Virus record (IMG/VR): IMGVR_UViG_3300045988_100846
Location: 1 to 37,663 of that record
Origin: a virus
Strand: one strand, 5' to 3'
Length of the DNA stretch: 37,663 nucleotides
Shown here: positions 1 through 6,411 of the stretch, piece after piece
Position numbering within the stretch: the first letter of the stretch is position 1
Layout: each line of letters starts with the position of its first letter
Notes under the pieces: generated by a model
What the model saw: only the letters and a program-made list of their open reading frames with translations
What the model was told of the DNA's origin: nothing
Database searches by the model: none
Made by a program: the position numbers and the translations under genes

Positions 1-119
1 ATTATATTGTACAAGCTGCACGGATTAACGCTTACTCAAAATACGGGATTGAGTTTAAAGTTCCAAAATCAGAATCTTTCTTTGTCTCGCAGCTTGATAC
101 CCAAAAAGAAAAAAAAAAG
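1..119. repeat. Terminal direct repeat, exact copy of 37545..37663 (circular or circularly permuted genome assembly overlap)
   Basis: Base-by-base comparison of the first 119 nt with the last 119 nt shows identity. Both copies end in the same A10 run. Confidence 0.95.
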
Positions 120-251
120 AGGATATTTGGCGGTGGATTTTTAATTTCCGAGCAGTGTGCCGCAGAACGAGAGCGTGCAGAACGAGAGCGTGCAGAACAT
201 TTTGAACTCAGCGACCGAGAAAAAGAAATTATAAAAGAATTATCAAAATAA
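1..251 (+). CDS. C-terminal part of the DNA methyltransferase that starts at 37028 (reads across the genome junction)
   Basis: The frame from ATG 37028 continues through the repeat (codons start at window position 3). It reads ...QKEKKKRIFGGGFLISEQCAAERERAERERAEHFELSDREKEIIKELSK and stops at TAA 249..251. Confidence 0.85.
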   Translation, partial: YIVQAARINAYSKYGIEFKVPKSESFFVSQLDTQKEKKKRIFGGGFLISEQCAAERERAERERAEHFELSDREKEIIKELSK

Positions 252-256
252 AAAAA

Positions 257-285
257 CGCCCAGCAGTTTAAATTACTGCTGGGCG
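257..285 (-). terminator. Intrinsic terminator for the minus-strand operon, at the convergence point with the methyltransferase gene
   Basis: Perfect 11-bp stem cgcccagcagt / actgctgggcg with a 7-nt loop. On the minus strand it is followed by T7 (complement of 250..256). There is no T-run in the plus orientation. Confidence 0.8.
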
Positions 286-310
286 AACCGTCCAATTTAA
301 GTATTAGTTT

Positions 311-535
311 TTAATCTCCCCACGGGTTATTTAAAAGACCAAGGGCATTAAGTCGAATGGCTTGTAAATCACCCTCTTCTTTTAAGTACACCTTATGGTA
401 TGGCTTGTCGTAAAAGTCACGGTCTGCAAATTTTTCTGCGTCCTCTTTGTGGTCAAACCACATATATGATTCTCCGTCCGCACCCCATAGCCGATACCTT
501 ACAATCCAAAACACTCTTGTTGGTTTTTTACTCAT
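311..535 (-). CDS. Hypothetical protein, 74 aa
   Basis: ORF with AGGAGGG ribosome binding site 6 nt upstream of the ATG (reverse complement of 541..548). No family recognised. Confidence 0.75.
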   Translation of the reverse strand: MSKKPTRVFWIVRYRLWGADGESYMWFDHKEDAEKFADRDFYDKPYHKVYLKEEGDLQAIRLNALGLLNNPWGD

Positions 536-714
536 GTTTAGCCCTCCTGTATTGTTGGTTTAAAAAGACACGCTCCCCTGCAACGGGGAGCGACACGCCA
601 TTTGCTTGTAGCGACATAACGGCTACTTACCTATAGCACATACTAAAAATAATGATTTAAATCCAACACTCCTTTTGCAAGGAGGACATAAGCAAGTTGT
701 CTTGCTATGCCTTT
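536..714 (-). promoter_or_regulatory. Long structured 5' leader or short transcript with a terminator-like hairpin upstream of the 74-aa gene
   Basis: Minus strand: hairpins agcaag/cttgct, ctcctt/aaggag and the 8-bp GC stem cgctcccc/ggggagcg (571..592). The last is followed by tgtcttttt, then the ribosome binding site. No convincing ORF. Confidence 0.5.
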
Positions 715-742
715 ATTATACCGCTTATATGCACTTTGTCAA
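715..742 (-). promoter_or_regulatory. Sigma-A type promoter (TTGACA-N16-TATAAT) on the minus strand
   Basis: Reverse complement of 737..742 is TTGACA and of 715..720 is TATAAT. The inverted repeat ttgtgta-tt-tgcacaa at 759..774 lies just upstream. Confidence 0.7.
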
Positions 743-779
743 TACTTTTCGGCGGTTTTTGTGTATTTGCACAAATCTG

Positions 780-1799
780 TTACCCGATAATTGTAACATA
801 TGCCATCATCGTCAACAGGTATTCCGGCGGTGTCGCTTTTCCCGCCCCCCACTTTTGGACGGTGCTGTACGGTATATTAAACTTGTCAGACAGCTCTCTA
901 AGGGACTTGTATTTTTTAGCAATCTCGTTAAATCCGTTTTTGCTTACGTTGTATATATATGACAGCAAATCAACAACTGACGCACGTGTTGCGGCAGGAT
1001 TCATCCAGTCTTCCCACGGTCTTATAATAAATTTGTCGCTATTATCACAGCTTTTTGCGGCGTTGTACTGCTGTGCAAATACATCAAAGTCAATGTAAAT
1101 TTTAACCTCTTCTTCTGCGACGGCTCCGAAATCCGACGATGGAATATCAAAAATGTCAAGTGCATCCCATTCTTCTGGCTCTGCACCAAGGGATTTTAAC
1201 TTTGCTTTAATCATGGCAATTTCTTCTTCCCCTTTTGTGAGGTCAGCCTCAATTTCAGCTTGTTTTGCTTTTGATGTTGAGCCGTGAAAGACATAGCGGT
1301 CTCGCTGGCTGTATGCAATTCTTAACCGCAATTGCAGATTTTTGATTCTCTTGCCTAAATCTTTTTCTTCTTCATCATCGGCTTCTGATTTTTCTGCACA
1401 TTCGATTGCAAATTCTGCACACCGGAGAGCGTTTAATTCAGAATGCATCTCGTTGACGCTTGATTCTATTTCTGCGATTTTGCCGTCGACCTCTGCTGTG
1501 TCCTTGCTGTTGAGCCAAAGGCGAGCTTGCTCGCGGAGCAGCGGCTGCTTAGCTTCAAATTTCTGTTTAATTTTTGCCTGCAACTCTTTTTCTTCTGCAG
1601 ATTCGGCGTCCAGCAAGGCTCTGAGTTCTTCACGCATTGCCTTAATGTTGGCTCTTGTTTCCGCAAGTTCTGCTTCAACCTCTGTTGTGTCAGCATCCTT
1701 AAATTCCAAGTATTCTCTGCTATCAATCAAAGCTTCCTTGTTGGTGAGTTCCTGTCTGATTTTTGCATGCAGCTCGCTGATTCTTTCCATGTTGTTCAT
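780..1799 (-). CDS. Hypothetical protein, 339 aa: long acidic coiled-coil N-terminal region plus C-terminal helix-turn-helix-like segment
   Basis: ORF with GGAGGA ribosome binding site. The N-terminal roughly 220 aa are E/K/A/L-rich heptad-like. The C-terminus reads LRELSDKFNIPYSTVQKWGAGKATPPEYLL, which is XRE/Cro-like. Confidence 0.85.
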   Translation of the reverse strand: MNNMERISELHAKIRQELTNKEALIDSREYLEFKDADTTEVEAELAETRANIKAMREELRALLDAESAEEKELQAKIKQKFEAKQPLLREQARLWLNSKDTAEVDGKIAEIESSVNEMHSELNALRCAEFAIECAEKSEADDEEEKDLGKRIKNLQLRLRIAYSQRDRYVFHGSTSKAKQAEIEADLTKGEEEIAMIKAKLKSLGAEPEEWDALDIFDIPSSDFGAVAEEEVKIYIDFDVFAQQYNAAKSCDNSDKFIIRPWEDWMNPAATRASVVDLLSYIYNVSKNGFNEIAKKYKSLRELSDKFNIPYSTVQKWGAGKATPPEYLLTMMAYVTIIG

Positions 1800-1857
1800 T
1801 TTGATTTCCTCCGTTTTTTTATTTTGTTTGGTTCGGTTTTATCCTTACCATGATTAC

Positions 1858-1886
1858 ATTATACACCATGTCGGCGTATTTGTCAA
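1858..1886 (-). promoter_or_regulatory. Consensus sigma-A promoter (TTGACA-N17-TATAAT) for the 339-aa gene
   Basis: Reverse complement of 1881..1886 is TTGACA and of 1858..1863 is TATAAT, with a 17-nt spacer. Confidence 0.75.
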
Positions 1887-1928
1887 TAGGTTTATGCCAA
1901 TTTGGCGTATATTTTCTTGAATTTGTAT

Positions 1929-1964
1929 AGATACACAAAAATAATATATTTATTTTGTGTATCT
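1929..1964. promoter_or_regulatory. 36-bp inverted repeat (operator candidate) in the divergent promoter region
   Basis: Perfect 12-bp arms agatacacaaaa / ttttgtgtatct separated by 12 AT-only bases. It overlaps the putative -10 region of a plus-strand promoter (TTGAAT at 1917..1922). Confidence 0.65.
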
Positions 1965-1998
1965 TAACCAATATCGAACAAAAAGGAGTGTGTTAACC

Positions 1999-3246
1999 AT
2001 GTCAACGTATCAATTTGACGACAAAACCCAGCTGTCAGCACATTTTAACGTGCAAGAGTTTAAGTGCCAGTGCGGTAAATCGCACGATATTTTAATAGAC
2101 AGCGGTCTAATAGACAAGTTAGAGCGGCTTTACACCGCCCTGAACTGTAGCAAAATCATTGTGACAAGCGGCTACCGCTGCCCAGAACACGATAAGGCTG
2201 TAGGCGGCACGAGCAGCGGTCAGCATACCAAAGGCACTGCTGCAGATGTCTGCTGTTACGGGCAGGACGGGCAGCCCATCAGCAGCAAGACGGTGTGTTG
2301 CAAGGCTCAAGATTTGGGTTTTGGCGGCATTGCTAACATCACGACATCTTACCAGTACACGCATCTGGACGTGCGGACAGGATACCGCTGGTTAGGCGAC
2401 GAGGTCAAAGGCAATGGTACTGTTACAAAGGATTTTTACAAGTATTTTGGCATCAAAAAGACAACCGAAACAACAAGCGTTTTAAAAGGGATTGATGTGT
2501 CATACTGTCAAAACGAGGTTGACTGGGACGCTGCAAAAGCATCCGGACTGGTTGACTTTGCGATTTTACGGGCAGGCTATGGCAGGGAAACATCTCAGGT
2601 AGACACGCAATTTGAACGAAACTATGCAGCTTGTAAGCGTCTGGGCATCCCCTGCGGTGCGTACTGGTTTAGCTATGCGATGTCGGCAGACGAGGCAAAA
2701 CGTGAGGCTCAGGTATTTTTGCAGACCATTAAAGGTAAATCGTTTGAGTATCCGGTTTATATGGATTTGGAACTTGAAAAACAATTTGCATTAGGCAAAG
2801 CTGCTTGCTCTGCAATAGTAGATGCATTTTTGAACACGTTAGAACAGGCTGGATATTTTGCCGGTCTGTATTGCAGCACGTACTACTTAGATAATTACTT
2901 GTCAGATAGCATTAAAAGCCGTTATACGGTCTGGTGTGCCCAGTACGCAAGTAAATGTACCTATCAAAATCCATACGGCATTTGGCAGTATAACGTAGCT
3001 GGTAACGCAGAGTATGACATTATTGGGCAAAAAAGTATCCCTGGTATTATTGGCGAGTGTGATATGGATTACTGTTATACCGATTACCCAGCAATTATTA
3101 AAGCTGCTGGACTAAATGGCTTCACGAAAACAACGCAACCGAACGAACCAGAACCAGAGCCAACACCAACACCTGAACCAGATAGCGAGGAATCCACATT
3201 GCAGCAGATTTTAAAGCATGTTGCGTCATTGGATGCAAAATTGTAA
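1999..3246 (+). CDS. Endolysin with two catalytic domains: N-terminal peptidase M15-like and C-terminal GH25 muramidase, with a PEPEPEPTPTPEP tail
   Basis: ATG 1999 has AAGGAG 10 nt upstream; the track start 1957 is a GTG with no ribosome binding site. SGYRCPEHDKAVGGTSSGQHTKGTAADV...YTHLDV matches the zinc D-Ala-D-Ala peptidase M15 pattern. GIDVSYCQNEVDWDAAKASGLVDFAILRAGYG...GAYWFSY matches GH25 lysozyme. Confidence 0.88.
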   Translation: MSTYQFDDKTQLSAHFNVQEFKCQCGKSHDILIDSGLIDKLERLYTALNCSKIIVTSGYRCPEHDKAVGGTSSGQHTKGTAADVCCYGQDGQPISSKTVCCKAQDLGFGGIANITTSYQYTHLDVRTGYRWLGDEVKGNGTVTKDFYKYFGIKKTTETTSVLKGIDVSYCQNEVDWDAAKASGLVDFAILRAGYGRETSQVDTQFERNYAACKRLGIPCGAYWFSYAMSADEAKREAQVFLQTIKGKSFEYPVYMDLELEKQFALGKAACSAIVDAFLNTLEQAGYFAGLYCSTYYLDNYLSDSIKSRYTVWCAQYASKCTYQNPYGIWQYNVAGNAEYDIIGQKSIPGIIGECDMDYCYTDYPAIIKAAGLNGFTKTTQPNEPEPEPTPTPEPDSEESTLQQILKHVASLDAKL

Positions 3247-3284
3247 TTTTTTTGTTTTTTTGTGCACATCAATCAATCAATCAT

Positions 3285-3327
3285 CTTGATTATAACTTGA
3301 TTATAACTTGATTATATACTTGATTAC
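3285..3327. repeat. Four tandem 11-12 bp repeats (cttgattataa) in the origin region
   Basis: Read directly. They are preceded by an AT-rich T-tract (3245..3262) and (atca)n at 3269..3283. Confidence 0.85.
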
Positions 3328-3369
3328 GGGGTGTAAAAAAGTCCGGATTTTCGGGGCGGTTTGATGTTT

Positions 3370-3470
3370 AGGGACATACTCTTTTCCGTAAAGGGACGTA
3401 TCCTTTTCCGTGAAGGGACATACTCTTTTCCGTAAAGGGACATACTTTTTTCCATAAAGGGACGTATTGC
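3370..3470. repeat. Iterons: four complete 22-bp direct repeats plus a partial fifth (plasmid-type oriV)
   Basis: agggacatactcttttccgtaa at 3370 and 3414 (identical). Variants at 3392 and 3436, and a partial copy at 3458 that runs into the -35 of the rep promoter. Confidence 0.9.
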
Positions 3471-3472
3471 TA

Positions 3473-3501
3473 TTGACAAAGCCACGTCTTTATGTTAAAA
3501 T
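3473..3501 (+). promoter_or_regulatory. rep promoter (TTGACA-N17-TAAAAT with TG extension)
   Basis: TTGACA at 3473..3478 and tgtTAAAAT at 3493..3501. It abuts the last iteron, as expected for autoregulated rep genes. Confidence 0.75.
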
Positions 3502-3519
3502 AAGCATGAGGTGATAATC

Positions 3520-4578
3520 ATGCCAAAAAGGACAACACTACCACAAATTTATGGCAATTGCAATTTTTTAGTACAAAAGTCAAACCCTCTCCAGTCGCTA
3601 TCAGAGACCAAAATGACGCTTGCAGAGTTTAAAATACTGGATGCGTACTTGTCAAAAATCAATAGTCACAACCCAGAGGAGCGGTGTGTGACGTTTGATA
3701 AGGGTGAGTTGGAGTCGCTGCTGGGCGTTACGCAAATAAAAAACAAGGATTTATCTGACCGGATTGACAATCTTTTTAAGGTTGTTACTATCCAAGACCC
3801 TGACAAACCAAACAAATTTACTAAAATAGCCCTTTTTTCGTGTGCTGAGTGTACGCAGGGGGACGATGGGCTTTGGACAATCAAACTTGCATGCTCGCCA
3901 GAGGCGATGCAATACATTTTTAACATTGAGAGTATCGGCTATTTGAGATACCGTCTAAAAAATGTAGTCAATTTGACATCAAGATACAGTTATATTTTGT
4001 ATTTGTATCTGGAGAGCAACCGCTTTCGGGGGTCGTGGACAATACCACTTGACGACCTTAAAAAAATGCTTTGCTGCACAGCGGACACGTATAGCGAGTA
4101 CAAGCGTTTTAGTACAATGGTGCTTAAAAAATGTCAAAAAGAGTTATCCCAAAAAACCGACATTGATTTTGATTATGTAGCCCTGCGACGTGGTCGCAAA
4201 GTAACAAGCATACAGTTTATACTCAAAACGCCCCAGAACGCCACTGACAGCCCCGTAGAGCCGCTTTTTGAAGAGCGTGATGAATTTGATTGGACAATCA
4301 CTTATGGCTCAGAGAGGCTTGCTACGCTTGCTGAGGGGTGCAATTATGAGTTTAACAAAGCTGAGATGGAGCAAATCGCCCGTGTGCTTGTCCGGATAAA
4401 CATCCCGTGCGACCGGGCAACAAAAAGCGAGTTGTATGGTAAGCAGTTTTATCTCCGTGAAAAATACGCCGTTCTTAATGTTGCAGCGGAAAACAAGCCT
4501 ATAAAAAACAGATTTGTTTATTTTCTGAAAATGCTTGAAAACGATACGTACCAGCCTGCAGCATACAACGTAATATAA
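3520..4578 (+). CDS. Plasmid-type replication initiator (Rep_3 / RepB-like)
   Basis: ATG 3520 has GAGGTG 6 nt upstream. The N-terminus FLVQKSNPLQSLSETKMTLAEFKILDAYLSKIN resembles the Rep_3 initiator signature. Iterons lie immediately upstream. Confidence 0.75.
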   Translation: MPKRTTLPQIYGNCNFLVQKSNPLQSLSETKMTLAEFKILDAYLSKINSHNPEERCVTFDKGELESLLGVTQIKNKDLSDRIDNLFKVVTIQDPDKPNKFTKIALFSCAECTQGDDGLWTIKLACSPEAMQYIFNIESIGYLRYRLKNVVNLTSRYSYILYLYLESNRFRGSWTIPLDDLKKMLCCTADTYSEYKRFSTMVLKKCQKELSQKTDIDFDYVALRRGRKVTSIQFILKTPQNATDSPVEPLFEERDEFDWTITYGSERLATLAEGCNYEFNKAEMEQIARVLVRINIPCDRATKSELYGKQFYLREKYAVLNVAAENKPIKNRFVYFLKMLENDTYQPAAYNVI

Positions 4579-4622
4579 AAACCGCCTCTCAGAGATTTTT
4601 ATCTCCGAGGGGCGGTTTTTTG
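4579..4622. terminator. Strong bidirectional intrinsic terminator after rep
   Basis: Stem accgcctctc/gaggggcggt (one G-U pair) extended by gagat/atctc. It is flanked by an A-run upstream and T6 downstream. Confidence 0.85.
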
Positions 4623-4632
4623 ACTATTTTTA

Positions 4633-4662
4633 TTGACAAAAGCAGTCTGTTTGTGGTATAAT
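4633..4662 (+). promoter_or_regulatory. Consensus sigma-A promoter (TTGACA-N18-TGgTATAAT) with no ORF downstream
   Basis: TTGACA at 4633..4638 and tggTATAAT at 4654..4662. Confidence 0.75.
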
Positions 4663-4668
4663 ATTATT

Positions 4669-4738
4669 GTTGTAAATAATTCAATTCCCTTCGTTCTTTT
4701 TTCTTTCACCGTCTGCCTCTGGCAGGCGGTCTTTTTTT
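4669..4738 (+). ncRNA. Candidate small RNA of about 70 nt (promoter-to-terminator unit)
   Basis: No ATG-initiated ORF between the promoter and a 10-bp-stem terminator (4708..4730) followed by T7 (4732..4738). The T-tract overlaps the stop codon of the convergent gene 4737..5195. Confidence 0.55.
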
Positions 4739-5195
4739 AGTCATCAATGTTATAACTGTAGCTATAACTATCATACAGGCTTGACAACTCATCAGCAGCT
4801 TGCTTTTTGCGGCTGCTGGAGATTGCAGACACGACAATTACATACAGTATAAACGACACAATGGAGGTGATAATCAGCTTTTTACCTCCAGATTTGTCGT
4901 TTTTGCCGACTTGGATGCATCCGAGGACAAGCCCCACAATCGGGATTAAAAACGCAATGACATACATCCACATATCAACATTGCCGGTGTTATGTATCTG
5001 CGACATTGTAGCAGGGTTGTACACAATTGTAGGCATACCACAGTTAGGGCACTCTTTTGTCCGTGGTGAGTAAATCTCTTTGCAATACTCGCAATATCGC
5101 TTTTCACCGGAAATCTGTGACAAATCCGCACCACACTTATAGCACTTGTCGTTCGCTTCTCCATTCATTTCGCCGCAATTTGGGCAAGTTTTCAT
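4737..5195 (-). CDS. Double zinc-ribbon membrane protein, 152 aa, two predicted transmembrane helices
   Basis: ATG 5195 has AGGAG 8 nt upstream. Motifs CPNCG...CYKCG and CEYC...CPNCG are followed by the hydrophobic segments WMYVIAFLIPIVGLVLGCI and LIITSIVSFILYVIVVSAI. Confidence 0.85.
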   Translation of the reverse strand: MKTCPNCGEMNGEANDKCYKCGADLSQISGEKRYCEYCKEIYSPRTKECPNCGMPTIVYNPATMSQIHNTGNVDMWMYVIAFLIPIVGLVLGCIQVGKNDKSGGKKLIITSIVSFILYVIVVSAISSSRKKQAADELSSLYDSYSYSYNIDD

Positions 5196-5245
5196 TTCAA
5201 TCACTCCTGTTTGTTAGGTAAAATTGTTTTACCCTCTTTTACTTT

Positions 5246-5274
5246 ATTATAGCAAGTATCGGATGCAAGAGCAA
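5246..5274 (-). promoter_or_regulatory. Putative promoter (TTGCTC-N17-TATAAT) for the zinc-ribbon membrane gene
   Basis: Reverse complement of 5269..5274 is TTGCTC and of 5246..5251 is TATAAT. Confidence 0.5.
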
Positions 5275-5369
5275 GTTATAACTGATTTTGTAACCGATAT
5301 GTAACTATATTTGGATAAGCTGACAAAATAGCAGCTATAGATTTGCATAAAATAGATAAAAATAGTTAC

Positions 5370-5413
5370 AAAAAACCACCTGTGGAGTGACACGCTTCTG
5401 CAGGTGGTTTTTG
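5370..5413 (-). terminator. Intrinsic terminator after the repressor gene
   Basis: Stem ccacctg / caggtgg (5376..5382 with 5401..5407), with an A-run and a T-run on either side. T6 follows in the minus orientation. Confidence 0.7.
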
Positions 5414-5472
5414 TTTCGGTGATTTTTTAGTGCTGTCCGGACACACTCATTTTTTTAAGGCTTTTGTAAGCA

Positions 5473-5919
5473 TTATGCTCCGCCTTTTGACATAGCCATC
5501 TTTTCTATTTCGTCCTCAATTGTTCCGAGGGCGGTCGATACGGACAATTTACTGCCCTGCGTGCCGTCCGGCTGTTCGTTTTGTCGCCGCTTTGCTGCAT
5601 CACCAAGCTGGACTAAAACATCCATCAAACAAGCACGGATGTTCGGCGGCAGGCTCATGTACTTGTCAATGACATCATCTTCTGATTCCTTGTTGAGATT
5701 CCGTTCTGCAAACGGGTCAGGTGCTGGTTCTCTGCCGAGTAAGTAGTCCGTTGTTACGCCGTAAAAGTCAGCGAGTTTTTGCAACGTATCTGTGCTTACG
5801 TCTCGTTGCCCATACTCATATGTGATATAGGCACGTTCCGTGACCCCGATTGCATCCGCTACTTGTTTTTTTGTAAGCTTTTTTGATTCTCTTAAAAACT
5901 TCATTGTATCTTTAAGCAT
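5473..5919 (-). CDS. cI-type repressor (XRE-family helix-turn-helix), 148 aa
   Basis: ATG 5919 has GGAAGGAGGTGA upstream. LTKKQVADAIGVTERAYITYEYGQRDVSTDTLQKLADFYGVTTDYLLG is a classic HTH_3 motif. It is divergent from the early operon. Confidence 0.9.
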   Translation of the reverse strand: MLKDTMKFLRESKKLTKKQVADAIGVTERAYITYEYGQRDVSTDTLQKLADFYGVTTDYLLGREPAPDPFAERNLNKESEDDVIDKYMSLPPNIRACLMDVLVQLGDAAKRRQNEQPDGTQGSKLSVSTALGTIEDEIEKMAMSKGGA

Positions 5920-5948
5920 TTTATGGTCACCTCCTTCCCACAATCTAT

Positions 5949-5977
5949 ATTATACACAAAATGCGTCTATATGTCAA
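5949..5977 (-). promoter_or_regulatory. Repressor promoter (TTGACA-N17-TATAAT)
   Basis: Reverse complement of 5972..5977 is TTGACA and of 5949..5954 is TATAAT. Confidence 0.8.
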
Positions 5978-6068
5978 TAGGCAATAAGCAAAAAAATCGC
6001 AAATTGTGCGTTTTGCATAATTGATATAAGCACTTTTTGTGCAAATCGTAGAAAGCGTTTGTTTTCTA

Positions 6069-6097
6069 TTGACAAAAGCACAAAATGAGCTTATAAT
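6069..6097 (+). promoter_or_regulatory. Early rightward promoter (TTGACA-N17-TATAAT)
   Basis: TTGACA at 6069..6074 and TATAAT at 6092..6097. A cacaaaatg motif lies in the spacer and again at 6112..6120. Confidence 0.8.
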
Positions 6098-6222
6098 ATA
6101 ACCATAGCAAGCACAAAATGCGTAAGCTAAAAATCAGCCGAGGACAGGCAGCGGAAAACCGAAAGCCACGAGCCAGCGGAAAACCGAAACGCTTGACTGA
6201 AATTAAATAAGGTGGTGAAATA

Positions 6223-6411
6223 ATGAAAAACGATGAAAAAAAGGACACCCTGTATCTGTGCGACCCACAGAAAAACACAGAGTGCCCAAAAGGAAATTGT
6301 CAGATTCCTGACGGCTGTTTTCTTACGATAAAGAAAGAATTTGCAGAAACGTTTGCATCGCTGAAAGATGCACAGCAGCGAATGGAAGACATCAAAAAGT
6401 TGCTTAAATAA
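6223..6411 (+). CDS. Hypothetical small Cys-containing protein, 62 aa, first gene of the early operon
   Basis: ORF with AAGGTGGTGA ribosome binding site. No helix-turn-helix is recognisable, so it is not called Cro. Confidence 0.7.
   Translation: MKNDEKKDTLYLCDPQKNTECPKGNCQIPDGCFLTIKKEFAETFASLKDAQQRMEDIKKLLK

Noticed and set aside
675-1920. Plus-strand ORFs 675..962, 697..1098, 1342..1920 and 1527..1853
   Set aside because: They are antisense to the well-supported 339-aa minus-strand gene, are Ser/Leu/Cys-rich low-complexity frames, and have no ribosome binding sites.
3370-3470. Possible CRISPR array suggested by the regularly spaced 22-bp repeats
   Set aside because: The repeats are directly adjacent with no spacers. 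They abut a rep promoter and a Rep_3-like gene, so they are iterons, not a CRISPR array.
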